The position numbers were made by a program, and so were the translations under genes. The notes under the pieces are model-generated. The model was not told where the DNA came from and did not search any database. It saw only the letters and a list, made by a program, of their open reading frames with translations. From contig DATKKM010000062.1 in assembly GCA_035542855.1 (NCBI GenBank), forward strand, positions 1-61,873: DNA of 61,873 nt, in the 5' to 3' direction. How positions within the stretch are numbered: the first letter of the stretch is position 1; every line of letters starts with the position of its first letter. This stretch comes from Dehalococcoidia bacterium. GTDB lineage: Bacteria; Chloroflexota; Dehalococcoidia; SM23-28-2; RBG-16-64-32. Of the stretch, positions 16,929 through 25,738 are shown one piece after another.

Positions 16929-17930
16929 CTATTCGGTGAAGAGCCCCGCCCAGAGGATCATCGCCTCCTTCAGCTTGTCCCAGTACTCGCCTTCAAGCGG
17001 CAGCTTGCCAGCCAGCTCGATGTAGCAGTCGCGGATCGTCGTTCCTTCCAGGTGCACGGAGTCCACGGCGCGCCAGAAGTACTCGTTCACCTCGATGCCG
17101 GCCGCTTCCTTCTGGAGGTTCTTGAACACGTCGCTGGCGCGCTTGTGCTCCACCAGTGGCGCCCCGGAGCGGATGCCGTAGCCCAGGTGGTCGCAGATCT
17201 TCTTCACCAGCACGCCGGCCCAGATGTCGTCGAAGCGGTCGTACGGCCAGTCGCGCCCCTGCAGCAGGAAGTACATCGCCGGGGCGATCGCCGGCGCAAA
17301 AGCGAGGTTCATGCCGGACATCGGCAGGTAGGTGCCGCGCGGGATCACCTTCGTCTTCGTGTCCTCGTCCACCTTCAGCTCCGGCTTGACAAGTTGTGTG
17401 GGCGCGTCCAGGTCCGGGATGCCGGCCCAGAGGCCGTGGCTGACCAGCACCGTCGCGCTGTCGCGGACCGCGTAGGGGAAGCCGCGCGTGTAGAAGTCCG
17501 CCGTCAGCTCCCAGCCCAGCGTGGCCTTCGCCTGCAGGTTCTGCCAGTGTCCGGCGATGAAACCGGTGCCCTTGGCGTTCCCGTTGGCCTTGCCATTGCT
17601 GTTCCCGTTGGTCTTGTGGTGCGGGTAGCAGTCGTCGTCGATCGTGACGATCATGTCCGGCCGCTCCTGCCAGGCCTTCCAGTAGCCGAAGCTACGGACG
17701 GAGGCGTTGTAGCGCGGGATGATCCAGGACGACGAGCCTAGCTCGCTATCGATCTCGTTCCAGCTGTAGTGGTCGATGTTGAAGCCCTTGGGCAGCTTCA
17801 CGCTCTTGTTGGGCCGGTCCTCGCAGATGATGATCTTGTGCGGCTCGAACTCGTCGCGCCAGTCCTCCAGGAAAGTGACGTCCCGGATGGTGGGCACAAC
17901 TATAACTGCCTTCACGCCGTTGCTTCTCAT
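16929..17930 (-). CDS. GT75 / reversibly-glycosylated-polypeptide (RGP)-like protein, candidate UDP-L-arabinopyranose mutase
   Basis: End-to-end resemblance to plant RGP/UAM: VVPTIRD..FLE.WR, TIDDDC, TRGFPYAVR, SHGLWAGIPDLDAPTQLVKP, GMNLAF, PAMYF, DDIWAG, KICDHLG. Confidence 0.8.
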   Translation of the reverse strand: MRSNGVKAVIVVPTIRDVTFLEDWRDEFEPHKIIICEDRPNKSVKLPKGFNIDHYSWNEIDSELGSSSWIIPRYNASVRSFGYWKAWQERPDMIVTIDDDCYPHHKTNGNSNGKANGNAKGTGFIAGHWQNLQAKATLGWELTADFYTRGFPYAVRDSATVLVSHGLWAGIPDLDAPTQLVKPELKVDEDTKTKVIPRGTYLPMSGMNLAFAPAIAPAMYFLLQGRDWPYDRFDDIWAGVLVKKICDHLGYGIRSGAPLVEHKRASDVFKNLQKEAAGIEVNEYFWRAVDSVHLEGTTIRDCYIELAGKLPLEGEYWDKLKEAMILWAGLFTE

Positions 17931-17986
17931 ATCTACCCCAGGTGTCCGGCTACACGAAATCTGTAGTACAAAGCATAGAAAAGCGG

Positions 17987-18011
17987 CGTTGCGGGGGGGT
18001 TGCGGGGTTGT
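17987..18011 (-). promoter_or_regulatory. Three CAAC(C/G) hexamers upstream of the GT75 gene
   Basis: Sense strand ACAACCccGCAACCcccccGCAACG, at -81/-73/-62 from ATG 17930. The last two are 11 bp apart. Confidence 0.4.
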
Positions 18012-18050
18012 CTAGGGACAGTCGCGGCAGAAATCCGAGTGCGGCGCGCT

Positions 18051-19823
18051 CTAGGGGCCGATATCTGAATGCTGTGAGGAGAACGTCTGCGCGGCCCCCA
18101 GGTCCACGTCCAGACCGTCCGAGGTGTGGTCCGGGAAGAGTGACCAGGCCCAGGCGCCGGCGTAGCCTTTCGAGTACCAGTCCTCGAAGCGCTGGAGCGC
18201 GTCCGTGTCCGTCCCGCCGTAGAACTCGCCGATGACCAGCGGCTTGTCCAGGTTGTAGCGGTTCTTCACTGTGTTGTAGTCGGTGCAGCGGGCGCACCAG
18301 TTGCCGCTGGCCATGTAGTCGTACCAGTGGGCGGTGTAGTAGTCCAGGCCCACGCCGGTCCAGAACGACAGCCCGTCCAGCATCGCAGAGCCCACGCTGG
18401 CGTAGGCGCTGGAGTTGGCGTGCACGGAAGCAGCTATGGCAGCGACCAGCGCCTGCATGTTCGGCGTCGAAACCTGGTTGTTCCACATCGCGTACTCTGG
18501 CTCGTTGAAGATCTCCCAGCTGATGATGCGCGGGTTGTTGGCGTAGTGGGCGAACAGTTCGCCGAGGACGTCGGCCAGCTCCTGGCGCTGCGTCGGATCG
18601 TTGATCCAGTTCGCCGAAAGGTCCATCGGCGTTGCGAACAGCGTGAACGAGAAGTACAGGTCGTACTGGTCCGCCAGTTGCAGCGCGGCGTCGAAGTCCG
18701 GCCAGATCTGCGAGTTCAGGCCCGTCGGTGCGCCGTTGCCGTCGCGCGTGATCTGCCACGGGTCGCCCGGGAACACCCACCAGCGCACGGTGTGCACGCC
18801 CGCCGCCTGCAACTGCCCGAACTTGGCGGCAATCGCCGACTTGACCGAGCTGTTGGTGACGCCACTGTTCGTCCCGCAGCCGAAGTCGCACTGCCAGTTG
18901 TACCAGGGCATGTTGACCCCGTGCAGGTACCAGTTCTGGCCCTCCCAGGGTATACGCGAACCGGCCGAAAGACCGCTGTCCTGGTTCTTGGACCACTGCA
19001 GCTGCGCCTTTGCCGGGCCGGTGCCCTCGTAGTACTCGACGACGATCCTGTGCACGCCCGTCGTCAGGGTGCGCTGGAAGTTGAACGTGGTGCTCTGGTT
19101 GTGCCACTGGTCGAGGGCCAGCGACCCGTCGATCCAGACCCGGACGCCGTCGTCCACCGTCGCCGTGAACGTGTAGCTGCCGGCGAAAAAGTTGAAGTCG
19201 CCCGTCCAGCGCACGGAGAACGTGTCGGAACCGATGAGCGCATTGGGCGAGCCGGTGCCCCAGTTGAAGTTGACGGTCGGGTCGTAGCGGACGAACTTCA
19301 GCGCGGTGAGGTCGCTGTTGTCGTAGTACTGGCCCACGAACTGGTCCGTCACCACAGGGAGCGCCGGCGCGCACGTCTTGTCGAAGTCCGTCCGCAGGCG
19401 TGAGACGTCCTGAATGTCGATGCGCCCGTCGCCGTTGTAGTCGAAGCGGGCAGAAAAGCCGGCATCGGTGGACAACAGCCCGAACTTGTTGCGAAAAGCC
19501 ACTGCGTCCACGAGGTCTACCTTGGCGTCGTCGTTGAAATCCGTCGGCCAGGCGTCGATGGTTTCGTCGTTCGCGGCGACGGTCAGGCTGCAGGCTGAAG
19601 CGGGGTCTGTCCCCATCGCCGTCTCGGCCGAGTCAGAGAACCCATCGCCGTCCGTGTCGGAGACGGCCAGGCCGGACTTGGAGCCGCAGATCAGCACCGC
19701 TGCCGCCATCAGGAGGACGATGCCAAGGTTCCGAAGGCGGGCGAACAGGCCACCCCACCAGCTCGAATGGGGCGTCGGAGCTGGGTCCAGTGGTGCGATT
19801 CCTCTCATCGTGGTCATTTCCAA
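18051..19823 (-). CDS. Secreted dockerin + PA14 + GH5 glycoside hydrolase (cellulase/mannanase family)
   Basis: Signal/TM. TSP3-like DTDGDGFSDSAETAMGTDP. Dockerin loops DFNDDAKVDLVD and DYNGDGRIDIQD. PA14 (FSVRWTGDFNFFAGSYTFTATVDDGVRVWIDG). GH5 acid/base WEIFNEPE and nucleophile VIGEFYG. Confidence 0.85.
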   Translation of the reverse strand: MEMTTMRGIAPLDPAPTPHSSWWGGLFARLRNLGIVLLMAAAVLICGSKSGLAVSDTDGDGFSDSAETAMGTDPASACSLTVAANDETIDAWPTDFNDDAKVDLVDAVAFRNKFGLLSTDAGFSARFDYNGDGRIDIQDVSRLRTDFDKTCAPALPVVTDQFVGQYYDNSDLTALKFVRYDPTVNFNWGTGSPNALIGSDTFSVRWTGDFNFFAGSYTFTATVDDGVRVWIDGSLALDQWHNQSTTFNFQRTLTTGVHRIVVEYYEGTGPAKAQLQWSKNQDSGLSAGSRIPWEGQNWYLHGVNMPWYNWQCDFGCGTNSGVTNSSVKSAIAAKFGQLQAAGVHTVRWWVFPGDPWQITRDGNGAPTGLNSQIWPDFDAALQLADQYDLYFSFTLFATPMDLSANWINDPTQRQELADVLGELFAHYANNPRIISWEIFNEPEYAMWNNQVSTPNMQALVAAIAASVHANSSAYASVGSAMLDGLSFWTGVGLDYYTAHWYDYMASGNWCARCTDYNTVKNRYNLDKPLVIGEFYGGTDTDALQRFEDWYSKGYAGAWAWSLFPDHTSDGLDVDLGAAQTFSSQHSDIGP

Positions 19824-20212
19824 GACGCGGTACCACCGCGCCGGGTTACAGTAATCCTCAAGCCCCAGGAAGTAAACACGGGAAGAATTTCATTCCTTAC
19901 ACACTGAGGGGGACTTATCCAGAAAACCAGGCAGATAATCTGTCACGCAAAACGGACCCATGCTGCTACCCTAAGCGAATGGACTGAGGGACACAACGTC
20001 CATAACATCAGAGCCAGACAGCTTATGGTAAGAAGCGAAAGCATTAGCAGGCAGTGCGGAAGAGTGGGGCAGGTGGGGTCCTGCGCCGCGCCAACAGCGG
20101 GCTCCTGGCCATCAGGATTGACGGAGCACGGCCAACCCGGCGGCCGTCTTGCTGTAACAGCTCCCAGTCTCCCGCGTCTATTCCGTGTAGTCCTGCAGAA
20201 GGAGAGTTACGC

Positions 20213-22177
20213 GTGCGAAAAACTCCTGCAGCCCGAACGCCCCAACGTTTTCGGGCCGAGAGCAAACCCGCAGCCCCAGACTCGCCCGGGCTCCACGCCA
20301 CCCTTGGCCGGATATTCCCGGTAGCCCGTTTCCTCATCCTCGCCGCCATCGTCGCGATGTTGGCACTGTCGTCCAAGACCACCATCCACGCCGCAACCGA
20401 CAGCGACGGCGACGGCTATAGCGACACCGTAGAGCAGTTCATCGGCACGAACCCGAACGCGGCCTGCAGCTCCACCACCACGCCGAACGACGAGGCTGTG
20501 GACGCCTGGCCGCCGGACTTCAACGACGACAAGACCGTCGACCTGCTGGACGGTAACGTACTGCGCAACCTGTTCAACTCCCACACCGGCGATGGCGTCT
20601 ATCAGAAGCGGTACGACCTGAACGCGGACGGCGCCATTGACCTGCTGGACGCGCAGGCGATCCGTGTCCCGTACGGCACCACCTGCTCCGGCACAACCAC
20701 GCCCACGCCGCCCCCATCGCCGCCTCCGGCGCCCACGCCGGCCCCGAGTACGCCCCCGGGCGGCTGGGCCTTCGAAGAGACTTTCGATGGCGCGCCCGCT
20801 TCACCGCAAGCGTACGCTTCCTCTCGCTTCGATATGGTGGTCGGCGGCAACGACGCAGACGCGATTGTGGACGGGCAAACGATCCTTTCCGATCCGCCGC
20901 TCGTCGAAACCTACGGCACTATCCAGGGCGGCCACGGCTCCGACTGTGGCGCCCCGATTGGGACGTCGGCGAATAACCACGCCATCTCAGTGGATTTCGA
21001 TCCTCAGGGCTTCCAGACCAACACTCGTCCGCAACTCGCCTACATCTGCAACAACCACTTGATGACCACGCTGAAGTCTGGATATGCTGTCGCCTCGCTG
21101 ATGCCACGGCAACTCTTCGATTGGAGCGGCAGAACCGGCACCATTCAGTTCGATACCAACGTGTACGCATTCCAGCGCAGCTGGTGGGACGTCTGGGTCG
21201 TCCCCGAAGACGACATGCTGCTGGAGATGGTCGATCACAATGAAGGTGGAGCCGGCGAGCAGTTCCCCGAGCGGGGCGTCCGGTTCTCGTTCCAGGCGGC
21301 TGTCCCCAGGGTGGGTGTCTTCGACAATTACGGGCTGGTTCAAGAGTGGAAGAACTGGCAAGGATTCAACCAGGCGTTTCCGAGTGATCCCGCCATCAAC
21401 GATCCGAAGACGCGCCGCACCTTCAAGCTGCACCTGAGCCAAACGGGCTTCGGATTCGAGGTGCAGAAGGACGACGGCACCTTCTGGACGTTCTCAGGCT
21501 CGTTCGATCAACCGCTGCCGTTCACCCGCGGAGAAATCCGCATTGAGCACCACGTCTACAACCCGACGAAGGATGGGATATTCGACGATCCGTGGAGCCA
21601 GTACACGTACCACTGGGACAACATTCGATTTGACGGCCCGGTCGTTCCCGCGCGCAGGGCGTTCGAAGCGCCTCCGTCCTACATCACGGCACCTGGTGCT
21701 CCGTTGGACACCCCGAGTAGCACCGTCACTATCAACGTGTCCAGCACTAACCAGCCGCGTCTCATCGGCCATCTCGTTGCCAGCGCCGGCATGTTGGACC
21801 CGGCCAACACCACCCACTGGGCACAGGTGCAGGTGAATGGGGGCCCGTGGATAGACGTGAAGCTGAGAAAACCTATCCCCACGGATACGGGGGAGCGGTT
21901 CTGGTCCACCATTGACACACCGCTCCCAGGCATCGTGACGGGGCAAAACAGGCTCGTGTTCCGGTACAACTCGCGGCCTGCCGATGCAACCTGGCAATGG
22001 GATGGGTTCCATCTCAAGGATCTCGAGATCCAGACGGAGGATCGGGCGATAATCGCGGCTGCTCCCGCCTTGCCGGGTGGCACTTCGGCGGTCATGTCCG
22101 CTGACACGTACGGCTGCGCGTTACAGGCAGCGGCGTTACCGCCGGATGACGGCGCGTCCTTGATCCGAATCTCGTAG
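20213..22177 (+). CDS. Secreted dockerin protein with Pro-rich linker and ~440-aa C-terminal domain of unknown function
   Basis: GTG 20213 follows GAAGGAGAG plus a 6-nt spacer. Signal-like FLILAAIVAMLALS. DSDGDGYSDTVEQFIGTNP. Dockerin loops DFNDDKTVDLLD and DLNADGAIDLLD. PTPPPSPPPAPTPAPSTPP linker. No family recognised for the remainder. Confidence 0.75.
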   Translation: MRKTPAARTPQRFRAESKPAAPDSPGLHATLGRIFPVARFLILAAIVAMLALSSKTTIHAATDSDGDGYSDTVEQFIGTNPNAACSSTTTPNDEAVDAWPPDFNDDKTVDLLDGNVLRNLFNSHTGDGVYQKRYDLNADGAIDLLDAQAIRVPYGTTCSGTTTPTPPPSPPPAPTPAPSTPPGGWAFEETFDGAPASPQAYASSRFDMVVGGNDADAIVDGQTILSDPPLVETYGTIQGGHGSDCGAPIGTSANNHAISVDFDPQGFQTNTRPQLAYICNNHLMTTLKSGYAVASLMPRQLFDWSGRTGTIQFDTNVYAFQRSWWDVWVVPEDDMLLEMVDHNEGGAGEQFPERGVRFSFQAAVPRVGVFDNYGLVQEWKNWQGFNQAFPSDPAINDPKTRRTFKLHLSQTGFGFEVQKDDGTFWTFSGSFDQPLPFTRGEIRIEHHVYNPTKDGIFDDPWSQYTYHWDNIRFDGPVVPARRAFEAPPSYITAPGAPLDTPSSTVTINVSSTNQPRLIGHLVASAGMLDPANTTHWAQVQVNGGPWIDVKLRKPIPTDTGERFWSTIDTPLPGIVTGQNRLVFRYNSRPADATWQWDGFHLKDLEIQTEDRAIIAAAPALPGGTSAVMSADTYGCALQAAALPPDDGASLIRIS

Positions 22178-22180
22178 CTT

Positions 22181-22219
22181 CAGCGAGGCCGGGCTCCAAA
22201 CCGGAGCCCGGCCTCGCTG
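22181..22219. terminator. Perfect 17-bp stem / 5-nt loop hairpin between convergent genes
   Basis: CAGCGAGGCCGGGCTCC-AAACC-GGAGCCCGGCCTCGCTG begins 4 nt after the stop of 20213-22177. There is no clear U-tract on either strand. Confidence 0.6.
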
Positions 22220-22287
22220 CAATGCACCACCGGTCCGTCGAGGTTCACTGGTAGGCGCAATCCTGGCCTTCAGGCAAGGACCGGCTA

Positions 22288-23058
22288 CTACCGTCGCGGG
22301 AGAAAGATGACGTCCGCAAGGCCGTTGGTGGAAGGATCCCCGAGGTCGCCGTGCAGCACCTCAAACCGGTAGTCCAGGGACTGCATGAGCGCCGAGATGG
22401 CGGACCAGGACGGCTGGACCCCTCTTACCTCAGAGATGACGACCGGGCGGTGCGTGGTGAGGGTCCGCTCAGCGCCCTGGAATACGTCGCCCTCCGCGCC
22501 CTCCACGTCGATCTTGATGAGCTGAAGTGTATCCAGGCCAAGCTCGTCAATGGTTGTCACACTGACGTCCAATAGTTTAGCATCAGCAGGCGTCGTATCG
22601 GTGGCCAGGTGGCTGACGAAGCTGTAACCGAACGTCGCCAGCTTCATGGAGCCTGTCCGGTTGGAAACCGCGCTCTGCACCGGTGAAACTATAGCCTCGG
22701 CCCGGTTTCTCTCGATGTTCGACCTGAGTGCTCTATAGTTCCGCGGATCAGGTTCGAAGGACAAGACGCGGCCATTTGGCCCGACAGCCCTGGCCATCAC
22801 AAGCGTGAGGTATCCAACGTGAGCGCCGACATCACAGATCGTATCGCCAGCGCGAGCGTGGCGGAGGATGGCCGATACTATATGCCGCTCAAAGGTGCCC
22901 AACGCGTAGGCGGGACGTTCCAGGGTGGGGAGCGTTAGATGGCAGCCGCGCAACGGCCCGGCGAACACCCTGACGACGTAGTCGTCCCCCTCTCGCGCGG
23001 CGACGGCCCGCATGGCCATGAGCGTGGCCCGTTCGCGGACTCGCCGCCATTGCGTCAT
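22288..23058 (-). CDS. FkbM-family SAM-dependent methyltransferase
   Basis: ICDVGAHVGYLTLVMA...LIKIDVEGAEGDVFQGA. Confidence 0.8.
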   Translation of the reverse strand: MTQWRRVRERATLMAMRAVAAREGDDYVVRVFAGPLRGCHLTLPTLERPAYALGTFERHIVSAILRHARAGDTICDVGAHVGYLTLVMARAVGPNGRVLSFEPDPRNYRALRSNIERNRAEAIVSPVQSAVSNRTGSMKLATFGYSFVSHLATDTTPADAKLLDVSVTTIDELGLDTLQLIKIDVEGAEGDVFQGAERTLTTHRPVVISEVRGVQPSWSAISALMQSLDYRFEVLHGDLGDPSTNGLADVIFLPRR

Positions 23059-23117
23059 TCCTCGATTCTATCTGCTCACCGGGTCGCGCTCCAACGGCCA
23101 TTCCCTGGAGGCCGACG

Positions 23118-23858
23118 TTGAATCGCCCTGTGGCGGCTGCCGGGCGTCTTCTCAACCGCGGTCTGGCGCGCGTAGGTCTGCAGGTAGTGCGGCCCGATTG
23201 GAACAAGTCCCTGGGAGCGTTCCTGGCCGTGCTCTTCCGCGACCTCGAGATCAACGTGGTGCTGGACGTAGGGGCGCACCATGGCGAGTACGCCCAGATG
23301 TTGCGCGATTCCGGCTACCGCGGACACATCGTCTCCTTTGAACCGGTGTCGGACTCTTTTCACCAGCTGGAGAAGGCGTGCGCCCATGATCCACTGTGGT
23401 CCGCGCGCAACGTCGCCCTGGGTAGCGAGCCGCGCGAGATGACCATCAACGTGACGAAATGGTCGACCGCGGCCTCGTTCCTTCCCCCCAGCAAATACGG
23501 CAAGGAGGAGAGGGGTACCGTGGTCCAGGCTACCGAGACCGTGCGGGTTGAACGACTCGATTCGATTTTCGCTGACTGCCTGCCCGCGATCTCTAATCCA
23601 AGAGTCTTCCTGAAAGTCGATACCCAGGGTTGGGACAGAGAAGTGATCCGCGGAGCAGAACAGGTGGTGGGATCGATACCGGCCATCCAGGTCGAGATGT
23701 CGGTGCAGCCGATCTATCAGGGCATGCCGGACTATGTGGAGTTCATAAGCTACCTCCGAGGCCTCGGCTACGAGATCGCCACGGTCGCCCCCGTCGATCG
23801 CGACGCGCAGCTGCGTCTCGTCGAATTCGACTGCGTGCTCATACGGCCAAGAGGTTAG
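23118..23858 (+). CDS. FkbM-family SAM-dependent methyltransferase
   Basis: VLDVGAHHGEYAQML...FLKVDTQGWDREVIRGA. Divergent from 22288-23058 across 59 bp. Confidence 0.8.
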   Translation: MNRPVAAAGRLLNRGLARVGLQVVRPDWNKSLGAFLAVLFRDLEINVVLDVGAHHGEYAQMLRDSGYRGHIVSFEPVSDSFHQLEKACAHDPLWSARNVALGSEPREMTINVTKWSTAASFLPPSKYGKEERGTVVQATETVRVERLDSIFADCLPAISNPRVFLKVDTQGWDREVIRGAEQVVGSIPAIQVEMSVQPIYQGMPDYVEFISYLRGLGYEIATVAPVDRDAQLRLVEFDCVLIRPRG

Positions 23859-23935
23859 AAGCCTGCGGATGAGGCGCCAGCCGGCGCGCGGCTCAACCGC
23901 CTGCAAGAGCGCCCGCTGGTAAACTGGTACCAGCG

Positions 23936-24568
23936 ATGCAGTCCGATTCAGAGCCCTCCGCGACTACGCGATCCGCTGAAGCCCGGGAAACGGCTGCGGC
24001 CCGGAAACGAAACGCATCTCGCCTGGGAAAGGTTGGGAGCGTGCTCCGCGAAGAGCTGGGCGGTCTCCGCTGGCGGCTGGTGCCGGCACTCCTGCTGGCG
24101 TCCGCGCTCCCCGAAAACACCCACAACCGTCTTCGCACTGGCCTTCTGCGGCTGGGCGGACTGCGCATCGGCAAAGGCTCGCTCGTGGCGGGCGCGCCGC
24201 GCATCAGCGGTGACCGCGACCTCTACCGCAACCTCACAATCGGGCGCAACTGCTGGGTGAACATTGACTGCGTCCTGGAAGTGCACGCCCCCGTTACCAT
24301 CGAGGACGGCGCGGGTCTGGGGCAGCAGACGATGATCCTCACCCACACCCACGAACTGGGATCGCCGTACAGGCGCTACGCATCGTTGCGGCCATTGCCG
24401 GTGACGATACGGCGAGGCGCGTGGCTGGGCGCGCGGTGCGTGATCCTGCCCGGCGTAACAGTGGGCGAGGGCGCTGTGGTTGCGGCGGGCGCTGTCGTCG
24501 TCAAGGACGTGCCCCCGAACGTGATGGTTGCCGGCGTGCCCGCCAGAGTCGTCAAGCAGCTCGACTAG
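23936..24568 (+). CDS. Hexapeptide-repeat (LbH) O-acetyltransferase
   Basis: IGRNCWVNIDCVL...IRRGAWLGARCVILPGVTVGEGAVVAAGAVVVKDVPPNVMVAGVPARVV. Confidence 0.8.
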   Translation: MQSDSEPSATTRSAEARETAAARKRNASRLGKVGSVLREELGGLRWRLVPALLLASALPENTHNRLRTGLLRLGGLRIGKGSLVAGAPRISGDRDLYRNLTIGRNCWVNIDCVLEVHAPVTIEDGAGLGQQTMILTHTHELGSPYRRYASLRPLPVTIRRGAWLGARCVILPGVTVGEGAVVAAGAVVVKDVPPNVMVAGVPARVVKQLD

Positions 24569-25724
24569 CGCGGCGCCGGCCGGAGCGCTGCCTGTCTTCC
24601 GCGGCTACGCTCCTCAGCACTTCCACGATCCGCGCGACGTTCTTCTTCGTGTCGAAGCGCTCTTCGGCCACCGCGCGCCCGCGCAGGCCCAGGCGCCGGC
24701 GCAGATCAGCGTCCCGGACCAGCTTCGTCAGCGCCTGGTCCAGCGACTGCACGTCGCCCGGCTTCACCATGAGGCCCGTCTCGTGGTCGCGGACGACTTC
24801 CGGCACACCGCCTACGGGGCAGGTGACGACGGGGGCGGCGCAGGCCATCGCCTCCGTCAGTACGATGCCGAAGCACTCGGCGCGCGTGGGCATCACGAAG
24901 ATGTCGGCCGTGCGGTAGAGCTCCGTCAAGCGCTCGTCTTCGTAAGCCAGGCTGTGCTTGACGACGCCGGGCATCGAAGGTACCTCATCGCGCGTCACCA
25001 GGTGCAGAACGCAACTCTTGGCGGCCGGGGACGTGCGGAACCACTCCAGGAGGACGTCGCCGCCCTTCCTCACGAAGTCGCCGCCGACGAAGAGCAGCCT
25101 GACCGGGCTCCCGGTCTCGGACGGCCGCGTGGCAATCGGGCGGAACCGGGCCAGGTCTGTGCCCGGCGGTATGACTTCGATGTTGGACGTGGGCACTCCG
25201 TAGGAGTTGGCCAGCGAGTGCGCCGCCCACTCCGTCCATGGCACCAGGCGGCGGGCGTGACGGAAGATCCAGCGGTTGGTCGCATGCTTCGCCTTCGCGA
25301 CTGGCACGAGTCGGTCCGGCGCGTGGCCGTAGGTCTCGCCGATCTCATCGTACTGCAGTGGCGTCACGTCCAGGCAGATCACAGACGGCGAGCCGCGGAG
25401 GACGTCCGGGCAGAGGACGGCCGGCTTCTGAGTGTTCCAGAAGATGACGTCCGGCTTCCAGCGGCCAAGGCCGCGCCGGACCTGCAGACGGGCGCGGTAA
25501 GAGGCTCTCAGGTACGAGGGGAGCGGCAGCCGCTCCACCAGGCCGCCGGGTTGGTGGAAGGTGACCGGAACGTAGCGCGCTTCGATGTCCGAGAACGCCG
25601 CCATGCCGTTCTCGATCTGGGCGGCCAGCGCCGCGTGTCCCACGTTTCGCTCCAGCACAAAGCCCGCGGACAGCGAGTCCGCGCCGGCTGCCGCGCGCCT
25701 GTCCAGCGACACCACGGGGGTCAC
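24552..25724 (-). CDS. Glycosyltransferase family 4 (paralog of 10326-11480)
   Basis: IFVMPTRAECFGIVLTEAMACAAPVVTCPVGGVPEVVRDHETGLMV. The N-terminus FVLERNVGH parallels FVMEQTLGH in the paralog. Confidence 0.85.
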   Translation of the reverse strand: MTPVVSLDRRAAAGADSLSAGFVLERNVGHAALAAQIENGMAAFSDIEARYVPVTFHQPGGLVERLPLPSYLRASYRARLQVRRGLGRWKPDVIFWNTQKPAVLCPDVLRGSPSVICLDVTPLQYDEIGETYGHAPDRLVPVAKAKHATNRWIFRHARRLVPWTEWAAHSLANSYGVPTSNIEVIPPGTDLARFRPIATRPSETGSPVRLLFVGGDFVRKGGDVLLEWFRTSPAAKSCVLHLVTRDEVPSMPGVVKHSLAYEDERLTELYRTADIFVMPTRAECFGIVLTEAMACAAPVVTCPVGGVPEVVRDHETGLMVKPGDVQSLDQALTKLVRDADLRRRLGLRGRAVAEERFDTKKNVARIVEVLRSVAAEDRQRSGRRRASRAA

Positions 25725-25738
25725 CGTGGGCGCTCCGT

